Assembly: GCA_963668645.2 (NCBI GenBank)
Contig: CAXXWC010000001.1
Coordinates: forward strand, 1 to 64,000
Length of the DNA stretch: 64,000 bases
Reading direction: 5' to 3'
DNA from: Desulfobacterales bacterium
GTDB taxonomy: Bacteria; Desulfobacterota; Desulfobacteria; Desulfobacterales; UBA2174
Position 1 is the first letter of the stretch; each line of letters starts with the position of its first letter. Made by a program: the position numbers and the translations under genes. Below the pieces are notes generated by a model, which saw nothing but the letters and a program-made list of their open reading frames with translations, ran no database searches and was not told the origin of the DNA. Positions 1-9,482 of this stretch are shown in pieces.

Positions 1-167
1 ACGAACTGCGGCCTTGCCCCGTACAAATCGCAAACCCGGCGCAGGGCGCCGCAGGACCTGTGCCATGTGGGTTCCGAAGACCCCCCCTGAAGCTGTGAAC
101 CTCGTCGATCACCACCAGCTCCAAGGCCCGCCAGAAGGCGGCCCATTTATCGTGGTGGGCTAAAAAA
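1..167 (-). pseudogene. Downstream fragment of IS-interrupted DEAH-box helicase (YprA/MrfA/Hrq1-like), runs off the window
   Basis: Minus strand reads AHHDKWAAFWRALELVVIDEVHSFRG then VFGTHMAQVLRR then LRRVCDLYGARPQF (motif II DEVH), with two +1 slips in homopolymers; joins in frame to the 4019-4573 fragment across the TAAAAAA duplication. Confidence 0.85.
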
Positions 168-315
168 CTCGACAGTCCAAAGTTCTGGCCCCCCCAGACA
201 AAGGGCAGCAGGTACGGTCCGACGAATTACGTACCTGAGACAGATCGCTATACAAAGATAAAGATCAACAATAACAGGCTTATATAAGAATTCAGACGGG
301 TACGTAAAAAATTAC

Positions 316-344
316 TTGACATACCTACAGAGTGCCTGTATCCT
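316..344 (+). promoter_or_regulatory. Sigma70-like promoter inside the IS left end
   Basis: TTGACA (316-321), 17-bp spacer, TATCCT (339-344); RBS AAGGAGG before ATG 377. Confidence 0.6.
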
Positions 345-376
345 CCTTTCAAACCAACTATGAAAGGAGGTGCCCT

Positions 377-696
377 ATGGACCAATTCGAAAAGTATCTT
401 CAATTCCAAAAGGAGGTTGCGCAAGCTACGATCAAGGTTGTCGAGCCGCTTCCAGCAGCCAGGGGAAGAACGGCTAAAGAGGCGTACGTCTAATATCGAT
501 ATCGTGCTGGACGTACTCCAAACCGCCGGCCGCCCCCTTGCATGTCACCGAGATTATTGACCTGGCCAAGCAGGACCACGACACCGAACTCAGCCGAGAC
601 TCCATCGTCTCGGCCTTGTTGAAAAAGGTCCATGCCGGCCTGGGTGTTGTACGAACAGCCCCCAATACCTTCGCGATGGCAAAGGAGGGGCCATGA
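377..696 (+). pseudogene. Small winged-helix-like accessory ORF of the IS, frameshifted twice
   Basis: Reconstructed MDQFEKYLQFQKEVAQATIKVVE..RRTSNIDIVLDVLQTAGRPL..HVTEIIDLAKQDHDTELSRDSIVSALLKKV..APNTFAMAKEGP*; strong RBS; ATGA overlap with transposase start at 693. Confidence 0.55.
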
Positions 697-2234
697 TCGG
701 TCATATCAGCCGCATCCTGGAAGCCTTCCGGCCCTGTTTCACGCGCCAGGCAGCCTATCACTGGTTCGGTGACCGTGGTACTGGGCTTTATCGTGCGCAT
801 CGACCACTGCGGGGCCAGTTCCTTTGTCCGCTGGCTCGCGATCCGGCCCTCGCTGTACACGGCGATGCTGTCGTTTTTCCGGGCCCGGTCCTGGAAGCTC
901 GGCCCGATCATGCGCCGCTGGTGGCAAATCGTGTTGGAGCGATGCATTCCAGTCAAGATCGACGGTCGCCTTGGTGCTCGCCGGCGACGGTATCAAGGTC
1001 TCGAAGGAAGCCGAAAAGATGCCCGGCGTCAAACGGCTTCATCAGGAGTCGGACAACTCGGGCAAAGCCCCGTACATTTACGGGCACCACTGGGGAGTGA
1101 TCGGTGTTCTTGGCGGTTGGAGTAAAAAAAATCTTCTGCATCCCGCTTTGTGCCGAGCTCCATGAAGGCGTAGAAACGCTTCGCCGCTTCCAAAAAAAGG
1201 CCGATCCGCTGGTCGACGGCCAGCCCAAGGTCAGCATCACCAGTTTGATGGCGGCCATGGCGGCAAAGTCGGTGCCGGCACTGGGCAGACGGTGTCTGCT
1301 GGTACTTGACGCCTACTTCGCCGTGGGACCGGTGTTTGCAATCCTCAAAACGGTGCGCGATGCCGCCGGCCGCCGCCTGGTGCATGTGGTGACCCGCGCT
1401 AAAAGCAACGTGGTGGCCTACTCCGATGCACCGCCGCCAACCGGACGCCCCGGCCGGCCACGGGAATACGGTGAAAAGCTTGCGCTGATCGAACTGTTCG
1501 ATAAGCGCAGGGCATCTTTCGAACAGGCCCGCATCGAGCTGTACGGGCAGGTCAAAGACGTGGCCTTTCTGTGTCTGGACCTGCTCTGGAAGCCGGTCGG
1601 AGAAAAGATGCGTTTTGTATTGGTCGCCGACGGCGACGAGCGGTTCATCCTGATGGGGTCGGATTTGACCCTCGGGGCCCGAGACATGATCCTGGCCTAC
1701 AGTTACCGGTTCAAGATCGAGGTGAGCTTCAAGGTCCTCAAACACTTGATAGGCGCCTTTTTCTACCGATTCTGGACGACTGCCTGGCCCCGAATTGGAA
1801 AAGCCAACAACAGCGATCTTTCAACCGTCAACGACGACCGGAGCCAACGGCTGATTGCTGAAACGACCGACGCCATCGAGGCCTTTGTCAACTTCGGCTG
1901 CATCGCCACCGGGATTCTTCAGATCCTGGCGCTGAACTGCCACAAAACGATCTGGGGACAGTATGCGGGATGGCTGCGAACCGTCAGTTCTGTCATCCCG
2001 TCCGAAGAGGTCGTTCAGTCGGTAGTCCAGCAGGAATACTTCCATAATTTTCGCGATTTCAGCAATGACGCGATTTATACGATAATTATTTCAAAGAGCC
2101 GCAGCGACCAGCAGGACGGTGTCTGTCAAGGTAGATGTCGCCTTTTTTGGAAAAACATTCTCAAAGCTGGCGGCCATGTTCCACATCATCTGCGCGGTAG
2201 CCTCCAGCCTTGGCAATGTCAAGGGTCAAGATGA
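693..2234 (+). pseudogene. IS4-superfamily (IS701-like) DDE transposase; several frameshifts before ~1110; native last codons displaced to 3967-3992
   Basis: Motifs GDGIKVSKE, LLVLDAYF and YSYRFKIEVSFKVLK (Y-R-E-K signature) spread over ORFs 693, 769, 824 and 1104. Confidence 0.8.
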
Positions 2235-2264
2235 ACGCTGCGCGCCCTTGACATTGCCAAGGCT
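2206..2264. repeat. Perfect 20-bp inverted repeat (19-nt loop) in the non-coding tail of the IS3 element
   Basis: AGCCTTGGCAATGTCAAGGG (2206-2225) / CCCTTGACATTGCCAAGGCT (2245-2264). Confidence 0.9.
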
Positions 2265-2339
2265 TCCGGCTCGTGGGCTCATATCGAGATGATTGGCATC
2301 ATCTCGATTTTTCAATCGCTCTTTGAAAATCATTTCTCA

Positions 2340-3407
2340 TCACGCGGCCTTTGAACAAGCCGATACGTTGGGTTGTCCGTTGTCCGGGCAGTTCAGCCAG
2401 ACTTGCCGGATCGGTTCCCAGTTGCGCGTTGAGCCGCTCCACCGATCGTGCCGACGTTTTTTGGCCTGTTCATAGATCTGGTGGCGACTGGCAAGGATCT
2501 CGATGTCTTTTCCCGTATGACGCTGGTCGGGGGTGACATATCGAATCGCGCTGTGGCGGTGTTGCTCGTTGTACCATTTAACGAAACGGTCCACCCACTG
2601 CCGGGAGGCTTCAATGCTTTCAAATCCCTTGACCGGATATTGCGGACGATATTTGAAGGTGCGAAACAGCGCTTCCGAGTAAGGGTTGTCATTGCTCACT
2701 CTCGGCCGGCTGTAGGACGGGGTTACACCCAGCGCCTCCATTTTCGCTTTCATGGTAAAGCCCTTTTGAGCACTCCCATTGTCTGCATGCAGCACGGGCG
2801 GATCAAGCAGGCACCCCTGGGCCATAACCGCCTTGTGAAGCAACGATGCGGCAAGGTTGGCGCTTTCCATCGGTTGGACTTCCCAACCGACGATTTTCCG
2901 GCTGTAAACATCCACAATCATGTACAGGTAATAGAACATGCCCCGGATTGGTGATGGCAGCCACGTTATATCCCAACTCCAGACCTGATTCGGCCCTGTG
3001 GCGCAATAGCCCGCTGGGCGCTTATGGTGATGCGGTTTGGCACTCCTGCCGCGGTGATGTTGTTCATCGGCGTCACGAAGGATCCGGTAAAAACTCGATT
3101 CGGACGCGATATAGATACCCTGATCGGCCAGGATGGGCACGATCTGGCCTGGGGCCAGACTGGCATATTCAGGCTGGTGACAGACATCCAGAACTTGCTG
3201 CCTTTCTTTTAGTGTCAGTTTATTTGCCGGTTCCGGCCGCGCGATGGTCGAACGGGTGTCCGGTTGGACTTCTCCGCTTCGGGTCCAGCGCTGGTAGGTT
3301 CGGATACTGATATCAATTACCCGACAGGCCTGCGCCAAGCGGGCACCATCGCGGCACGCGTCATTGATCAGCGATACAGTTTTACGGCGATCAGCGGTGC
3401 TGATCAT
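2340..3407 (-). CDS. IS3-family transposase OrfB (rve integrase core)
   Basis: WSWDITWL, LHADNGS, SNDNPYSEALFRTFKY DDE motifs. Confidence 0.93.
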   Translation of the reverse strand: MISTADRRKTVSLINDACRDGARLAQACRVIDISIRTYQRWTRSGEVQPDTRSTIARPEPANKLTLKERQQVLDVCHQPEYASLAPGQIVPILADQGIYIASESSFYRILRDADEQHHRGRSAKPHHHKRPAGYCATGPNQVWSWDITWLPSPIRGMFYYLYMIVDVYSRKIVGWEVQPMESANLAASLLHKAVMAQGCLLDPPVLHADNGSAQKGFTMKAKMEALGVTPSYSRPRVSNDNPYSEALFRTFKYRPQYPVKGFESIEASRQWVDRFVKWYNEQHRHSAIRYVTPDQRHTGKDIEILASRHQIYEQAKKRRHDRWSGSTRNWEPIRQVWLNCPDNGQPNVSACSKAA

Positions 3408-3898
3408 TCGTCCTCGGGGGCCCCCCAGATCGCCTGGACTTTTTTTTGCAGCACCAGCAGGGCTGCCGCTTCGGCAAGGGCCTTGTCCTTGCGATGGAGT
3501 TCTTTTTCAAGATCCCTGATACGCTTACGGTGGGTATTCTGCTCGGCCTTGAGTTTAATGTTGGCCTGTCTGTCCCAGTCGTTGGCATCTTCACAGGCCC
3601 TGCGCCATTGTTCCAACTGATGTGGATAAATGCCTTTTTGTCTACAGTATTCGGCCGTTTGCTGTTCGTTCAAAGAGGCGCTTTCCATGACAGCCGCGAA
3701 CTTGTCACGGGCATTCCAGCCCTCGGGACCGGCATCGCCGTCAGGCATCAAAATCCCTTTCGTCCGGGCTTGCTGGCGCCAATTGTATAACGTGGCTTCA
3801 CTTATGCCTTCTTCGACAGCCAGATGTTTGATCGTTCGGTTGTGCGGCGGCATCATCTTTTTGAGAACCGCTTCCTTACGCTCTGGTGAATATCGCAT
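3404..3898 (-). CDS. IS3-family transposase OrfA (HTH)
   Basis: YSPERKEAVL..GISEATLYNWR; A8G slippery run at 3439-3447 with an open -1 frame into orfB. Confidence 0.9.
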   Translation of the reverse strand: MRYSPERKEAVLKKMMPPHNRTIKHLAVEEGISEATLYNWRQQARTKGILMPDGDAGPEGWNARDKFAAVMESASLNEQQTAEYCRQKGIYPHQLEQWRRACEDANDWDRQANIKLKAEQNTHRKRIRDLEKELHRKDKALAEAAALLVLQKKVQAIWGAPEDE

Positions 3899-4018
3899 GC
3901 ATGAACCTCCTGCGCCCCTCTTATAAAGGATCTCAGTTCATGCGACAACTATCCTGACACAGGGGGAGGACTGGATGCCGCTGGCCGCCTGAAGGCGGTA
4001 AAACTTCGGACTGTCGAG

Positions 4019-4573
4019 TAAAAAAGAGAGATGCAGCATTTCCGGATTGGTCAGCACCAGATTGGGCGGCGCCTCCCGCACCCGGCGCCGCCGCCAGGCA
4101 CTCAGATCCCCGTCGTAGATAGCGGCGCCGGCTCCATCCATCCCGCCAGCCGCGGCCAGCCGCTGCCAGGCCCGGAGTTGATCCTGGGCCAGGGCCTTGA
4201 GCGGATACACCAGCAGCCCGCGGGCCTGGGGGCGCACGGCGATCCGCTCGATGAGATCGAGCATGTAGACCAGGGACTTGCCGCTGGCCGTGGCCGTGGC
4301 CAGCACCAGGTTCTCTCCTCTTTCGATCACCGCCAGAGCTTCACGCTGATGATCGTAGAGGCGCTCAATCCCGAGCCGGCGGCAAATCCCGGCAGCCAGA
4401 GTCGCGGTACGGGGCGCCGACCCGATTCCGGTCATGGCGGCCCGGGACTGCCAAAAAAACTGATCCGGTCCCCAGTCCGCCTGGATTCGTGCCAAAAGAT
4501 CGTAAACGACCCGCCGGGCAGCTGCCGCCGGCCGCTTTGTCGAGCCGTTGTTTTCAGGGGCTTGCAAAGTCAA
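4019..4573 (-). pseudogene. N-terminal fragment of DEAH-box helicase (YprA/MrfA-like)
   Basis: Q-motif LYDHQ, Walker A TASGKS, YPLKALAQDQ, YDGD, TNPEMLH; cut by the IS after HLSFL. Confidence 0.88.
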
Positions 4574-4804
4574 AAAAATTCCCTATAATTAAATGGATTT
4601 CATCAACCAGACGAACGCGAAATAGATGCCCGAAGACAACCAAGAGCAGCCCCCCCCTTTATCCAACACCCGTAATCCGTACACGCCGCCGTTGATCACG
4701 GCAACTTTCGGGATTCTATCCACCTTTGCCGAATCTTGCGCCCGTGCCTGGCATGGAGGGCGAACACCGGCGCATATCGCTTTTGTTTCAGGACCCGATT
4801 CAAG

Positions 4805-6079
4805 ATGGTAACCCACATTCTCGTTCTATTCGTTCTGCTGTGCCTTTCCGGCTTTTTTTCATCGGCCGAAACCGCCCTTTTTTCCATCAGCCTGACCCGG
4901 GCCAGACACCTGGCCAAGAGCGGCCTGCGCAGCGACCGTCTGATCTGGAGGCTCAAAGAAGACCCTCACCGTCTCCTGACCACCATCCTGATCGGCAACA
5001 ACGTGGTCAACATCGCCGCTTCATCCCTGGCCACGGCCCTGGCCATTCAAGTCTTTCCGAACTACGCCATCGGGCTGGCCACCGGGGTGATGACATTACT
5101 GATCCTGGTCTTTGGCGAAGTTTTCCCCAAATCCCTGGCCACCCGCAACAACCTGATGATCGCGCGCCTGGCCATCGTGCCGATCCATTGGTTCTCGCTG
5201 ATCCTCTATCCGGTGATCCTCTTTTTGAACTTCATTCCCCGGCTCTCGGGCAGAATCGACAAGCCGCCCACCGTCACGGAAGAAGAACTGATGACCTTCG
5301 TGGAGGTCGGCGAGGAGGAAGGCAATATCCGCGAGGAAGAACGCGAACTGATCTCCAACATTTTCGAGTTCGACGACACGGCCGCTTCGGAGATCATGAC
5401 CCCGCGGGGAGACATGTTCGTGGTGGATGCCAACCGCGAGCTCGACCTCCAGGATTTCATCGAATCCGGCTTCAGCCGCATTCCGGTCACCGACGGGGAT
5501 ATCGATCATGTCATCGGAATTCTCAACATCAAGGACCTGTTTCGCCAGCATGTGACCCATAACGGCGTCGTGGCGGTACGCGAACTGATGACCGAACCCT
5601 ACTTCGTGCCGGAAAATATCAAACTCAACATGCTGTTGCAGCAATTTCGGGAACGCAAGCAGCATATCGCCATCGTCATCGACGAGTACGGCGGGGTTTC
5701 GGGTCTGATTACGCTGGAAGACGCCCTCGAGGAGCTGGTGGGCGATATCACCGACGAAACCGACAAGGAAGAGCCGCACATCGTGGCCCTTAAAGAAGAC
5801 ACCTGGATCGTGCTGGGCAAGGCGGACATCGAAGAAGTCAACGCCATGATCCCCATGCAGATCCCCGACACCCGGGATTACGACACCTTCACCGGATACG
5901 TGCTCTATCTCATCGGCCGCATGCCCGAGCAAAAGGAAACCCTGACCATCGGGGACTGGGCCGTGACGGTGGACGAGATGGAGGGCACCCGCATCAACCG
6001 CTATATCGTGCGGCATCATCCCCAGCCGGCTTCCTCTGCCGAAGGCCCTGGCCATGCAGGTGACAGCCCCGTGGCCTGA
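4805..6079 (+). CDS. CNNM/HlyC/CorC family protein (DUF21 + CBS + CorC_HlyC)
   Basis: FFSSAETA, GEVFPKSLA, IMTPR, FSRIPV, IDEYGGVSGLITLEDALEELVG. Confidence 0.93.
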   Translation: MVTHILVLFVLLCLSGFFSSAETALFSISLTRARHLAKSGLRSDRLIWRLKEDPHRLLTTILIGNNVVNIAASSLATALAIQVFPNYAIGLATGVMTLLILVFGEVFPKSLATRNNLMIARLAIVPIHWFSLILYPVILFLNFIPRLSGRIDKPPTVTEEELMTFVEVGEEEGNIREEERELISNIFEFDDTAASEIMTPRGDMFVVDANRELDLQDFIESGFSRIPVTDGDIDHVIGILNIKDLFRQHVTHNGVVAVRELMTEPYFVPENIKLNMLLQQFRERKQHIAIVIDEYGGVSGLITLEDALEELVGDITDETDKEEPHIVALKEDTWIVLGKADIEEVNAMIPMQIPDTRDYDTFTGYVLYLIGRMPEQKETLTIGDWAVTVDEMEGTRINRYIVRHHPQPASSAEGPGHAGDSPVA

Positions 6080-6225
6080 CGGCTGCCACGGAGCCTTTCC
6101 ATCCAAAGATCTGGCAAGACACGCCGTCTCCCCTGGAGTCTTCGGACGATGCGTGCCTGTGGCTGTGTCGGGACCGGCCGCAGGGCCGCTGGCCGGCTCG
6201 CAACGCTTCGACCCGGCGCTGTCTC

Positions 6226-6317
6226 GCGTCCATCCATAAACGGCACCTTTCGGCCCCCGGCGGCGTTCTCGCTCGGGCCTTGCCAGGAACCCAAAATCAC
6301 CATTTATGGACGGACAC
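6226..6317 (-). repeat. Intergenic imperfect inverted repeat (REP/MITE-like or RNA stem)
   Basis: GCGTCCATCCATAAACGG (6226-6243) vs CCATTTATGGACGGACAC (6300-6317), 15/18. Confidence 0.5.
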
Positions 6318-6381
6318 GATCACGCAAACCGGCAGGCAGAGGCCGGCCGATTTCGTATTGGCCGGGAACTGGCGGCGGCGC

Positions 6382-6945
6382 CTATCCCTTGACGCGCTCC
6401 ACGTACTGTCCGGTGCGGGTATCGATGCGGATCTTTTCCCCGGCTTCCACAAAAGGCGGGACCTGGATCACCAGGCCGGTTTCGAGGGTCGCCGGCTTGC
6501 TGTCACCCGAGGCCGTGTCGCCTTTGACCCAGGGGTCGGCCTGCTCGATACGCAGTTCCACGAAGTTGGGCAGGGTCAGGCCGATGGGTCTGCCGTCGAA
6601 AAAGAGGATGTCGCAGACGGTGTTTTCCTTCAACAGCCCTTTGGCATCCCCCACGTGGTCGGGGGTCAGAAACTCCTGCTCGTAGGTGCTGGTGTTCATA
6701 AAGCAGTAGTTGGTGCCATCGAAGTAAAGGTACTCCATCTCGTGTTCTTCGAGATCGGCCTTGTTGAACTTTTCGCCGGAGCGAAAGGTCTTGTCGAACT
6801 GGGCACCGGTGACCATGTTTTTCAGCTTGCACTTGTAGAGGGCCTGCCCCTTGCCCGGTTTGACGAACTCGAATTGGGTTACGATGTAAGGATCGCCGTC
6901 GATCTCGATCTTCAGCCCCTTGCGTAAGTCTGAACTCTCATACAT
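6382..6945 (-). CDS. efp: Elongation factor P
   Basis: MYESSDLRKGLKI, KPGKGQA, KGDTASG..KPATLETG, DTRTGQYVER; RBS AGGAG. Confidence 0.97.
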   Translation of the reverse strand: MYESSDLRKGLKIEIDGDPYIVTQFEFVKPGKGQALYKCKLKNMVTGAQFDKTFRSGEKFNKADLEEHEMEYLYFDGTNYCFMNTSTYEQEFLTPDHVGDAKGLLKENTVCDILFFDGRPIGLTLPNFVELRIEQADPWVKGDTASGDSKPATLETGLVIQVPPFVEAGEKIRIDTRTGQYVERVKG

Positions 6946-6988
6946 AAAATTATCACTCCTTAAAGAAGATTGTAAAAAACGGATCGGT

Positions 6989-7753
6989 TCAGAAATTTTT
7001 TCCGCCAGGATCGGTCTCGGCCCCTCGAACAGCTTGTACCAGGGCTTCAATCTTCGTAAAGTCCTTGCGAAAGCGGATGGGGCTTCCCGCGGCGTCGACC
7101 GCGTTGGTGCCCGTGCAGCTGTCCACCCCCCAGGGTCTGACCCGCCGTAGCCCGTCGCTGGCGTTTTCCGGCCCGATACCGCCGGCCAGAACCACCGGCA
7201 GGGGGCTGGCTTGCACCAGCAGGCGCGCCATATCCCAATCACAGACCTTGCCGGTGATCCCCACGAAGCCGGAAACAGGCTGGTCCGCCGCCTCGGACCC
7301 GCCGACCAAAAGAGTGTCGGTGAGAAAAATATCGCTTACCGGCGTGAAGCGTCGGGCCAATTCGAGGGTTTCCACCCAATGAGCCTGGCCCGGCGGGCCG
7401 ATGGGAATCGAACGCATGATCCGTATGCCGGGGAAAAGGCGCCGCACCTCGCGCTGCAAAATCACCAGGCTGTCGAGCCGCTGCGGATCCAGAGCCTCAC
7501 AGAAATGGACGATATCGGGCCGGTACCGGTCCAGGGCCTCGATCACCTGCTCGCGGGCACTGAACAGGGGGATCAGGCTGCTCACGGCACCGGCCCGGCG
7601 TACCGCGGCGATGGTCTCGGCCACAAGGGCATTAGAGGGCGCCGCCGCATCGGGGAGCAGCACCGAACCGATATGATCCACCCCCAGGGCCACGAGCTGC
7701 CGGGCCTCGGCGGGATGTTGCACCTCATAGATCTGGCAGATGAAACGCGGCAC
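6989..7753 (-). CDS. Phosphoribosylanthranilate-isomerase-like TIM barrel (divergent); start uncertain
   Basis: FLTDT, GITGKVCDW, VLAGGIGPEN, PWGVDSCTG resemble TrpF; N-terminal KICG replaced by QIYE. Confidence 0.7.
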   Translation of the reverse strand: MPRFICQIYEVQHPAEARQLVALGVDHIGSVLLPDAAAPSNALVAETIAAVRRAGAVSSLIPLFSAREQVIEALDRYRPDIVHFCEALDPQRLDSLVILQREVRRLFPGIRIMRSIPIGPPGQAHWVETLELARRFTPVSDIFLTDTLLVGGSEAADQPVSGFVGITGKVCDWDMARLLVQASPLPVVLAGGIGPENASDGLRRVRPWGVDSCTGTNAVDAAGSPIRFRKDFTKIEALVQAVRGAETDPGGKNF

Positions 7754-7941
7754 CCGAATCGCTCGAATCTTCCGCCGTATCGGTTGGTTGGGATCCCTCA
7801 AAGCGGATAATGGGTTGACTTTTGGGCCGCTGTCTAACATATTCAATCCGTTTTCGCAAACCACAATAGCGTGGACCGGCAACCGCCACCAGCGGCGGCC
7901 GGTCCTTTCGTTGGCCCCAGGCGAAAGGACGCTTGCGTCTC

Positions 7942-9471
7942 ATGATTCTGATCATCGATTTCGGCTCCCAATTCAACCAGCTCATCGCCCGCCGGGTGCG
8001 CGAACTGCGCGTCTACTGCCAGATCGAACCGCCCGACATCACCATCGACCAGATCCGGGCCCTGGCCCCGGAGGGGATCATCCTTTCCGGCGGTCCGGCG
8101 AGCATCTACGCCACCGACAGCCCGCGCGTCGACCCGGCCATCTTCACCCTGGGGGTGCCGGTGCTGGGGATCTGCTACGGCATGCAGTTTATGGTGGACG
8201 CCCTCGGGGGCTGCGTCGAGTCGGCCGCCAAGCGCGAATACGGTTTTGCGGCCCTGGAAGTGCTGCGTCCCGAGGGGTTGCTGGAAGGGATCACTTCCTC
8301 GACCCGGTGCTGGATGAGCCACGGAGACCACATCAGTCGTCTGCCGCAGGGCTTCGACATCCTTGCCAGGACCGAAAATTCGCCTTTCGCCGTAATTCAG
8401 GACCCGCAGCGGCAGTTCTACGGGCTTCAGTTCCATCCCGAGGTGGAGCATACCGCCAAGGGCAAGAAGATGCTCGCCGGCTTCCTTTTTGCCGTCTGCG
8501 GCTGCAAGCGCCGCTGGACGATGAAATCCTTTGCCCGCGACGCCGTGGCGCGCATCCGCGACCAGGTGGGGGACGGCAAGGTGATCCTGGGCCTCAGCGG
8601 TGGGGTGGATTCCTCGGTGACCGCCCTGCTCCTCCACCAGGCCATCGGCGAGAGACTGACCTGCATCTTTGTCGACAACGGTCTGCTGCGGCAAAACGAA
8701 GCCGAACAACTCAAGGCGACTTTCAAGGAGCATCTGAAGATCAATACCCGCTTTGTGAACGCCGGACGCCAGTTTCTCACCGCCCTGGCCGGGGTGAGCG
8801 ACCCGGAACGCAAGCGCAAGATCATCGGCAAGGTCTTCGTGGACACCTTCGAGGCCGAGGCTAAAAAAATCAGCGGGGCCCGTTTTCTGGCCCAGGGCAC
8901 CCTCTATCCGGACGTGATCGAATCGCGCTCGGTATTCGGCGGCCCTTCGGCGGTGATCAAATCCCACCACAACGTGGGCGGTCTGCCCAAGCACATGAAA
9001 CTCGAACTGGTCGAACCGCTCAAGTATCTTTTCAAGGACGAGGTGCGGCGTCTGGGCCTGGCCCTGGGCCTCGAGGAAGGCATGGTATGGCGCCAGCCCT
9101 TTCCCGGCCCCGGACTGGCGATCCGGGTTCTGGGGGAGGTCACCCGCCCGCGCCTGGAAATCCTGCGGGCCGCCGACGCCGTGGTGCTCGACGAAATCCG
9201 CCGCAGCGGCTATTACCGCAAACTCTGGCAGTCTTTCGCCGTCTTGCTGCCCATCAAGAGCGTGGGCATCATGGGAGACGGGCGCACGTATGAAAACATC
9301 CTGGCGGTCCGGGCCGTTACCAGCAAGGACGCCATGACGGCCGACTGGGCGCGTCTGCCTCATGCCCTGCTGGGAAGGATCGCCAATCGCGTCATCAACG
9401 AGGTGCGCGGGGTCAACCGCGTTGTTTACGACATCAGCTCCAAGCCACCGAGCACCATCGAATGGGAATGA
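7942..9471 (+). CDS. guaA: GMP synthase (glutamine-hydrolysing)
   Basis: [42 protein letters not shown]. Confidence 0.98.
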   Translation: MILIIDFGSQFNQLIARRVRELRVYCQIEPPDITIDQIRALAPEGIILSGGPASIYATDSPRVDPAIFTLGVPVLGICYGMQFMVDALGGCVESAAKREYGFAALEVLRPEGLLEGITSSTRCWMSHGDHISRLPQGFDILARTENSPFAVIQDPQRQFYGLQFHPEVEHTAKGKKMLAGFLFAVCGCKRRWTMKSFARDAVARIRDQVGDGKVILGLSGGVDSSVTALLLHQAIGERLTCIFVDNGLLRQNEAEQLKATFKEHLKINTRFVNAGRQFLTALAGVSDPERKRKIIGKVFVDTFEAEAKKISGARFLAQGTLYPDVIESRSVFGGPSAVIKSHHNVGGLPKHMKLELVEPLKYLFKDEVRRLGLALGLEEGMVWRQPFPGPGLAIRVLGEVTRPRLEILRAADAVVLDEIRRSGYYRKLWQSFAVLLPIKSVGIMGDGRTYENILAVRAVTSKDAMTADWARLPHALLGRIANRVINEVRGVNRVVYDISSKPPSTIEWE

Positions 9472-9482
9472 GGTGGTGACGC

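Larger units (their letters stand above)
2118..3966 (-). mobile_element. IS3-family element nested in the 3' end of the IS4-like transposase
   Basis: Subterminal IRs 2124-2141 and 3942-3959 (15/18); AGGAC direct repeat at 2113-2117 and 3967-3971; orfA/orfB inside. Confidence 0.85.
168..4018 (+). mobile_element. IS4/IS701-like insertion sequence containing a nested IS3 element
   Basis: TIRs CTCGACAGTCCAAAGTT (168-184) and AACTTCGGACTGTCGAG (4002-4018), 16/17 match; direct repeat TAAAAAA at 161-167 and 4019-4025; DDE transposase inside. Confidence 0.9.

Noticed and set aside
3938..4018. C-terminus LDSPKFYRL..VVA of the 211-aa ORF
   Set aside because: Read-through into the IS end, not helicase sequence
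6382..7242. 286-aa extended EF-P
   Set aside because: Real start is ATG 6945 with an RBS; the extension overlaps the upstream gene in another frame
7843..9363. 506-aa antisense ORF, and similar long antisense ORFs over the amidase, mutS, HD and acyl-CoA dehydrogenase genes
   Set aside because: Shadow frames of GC-rich coding genes with no motifs
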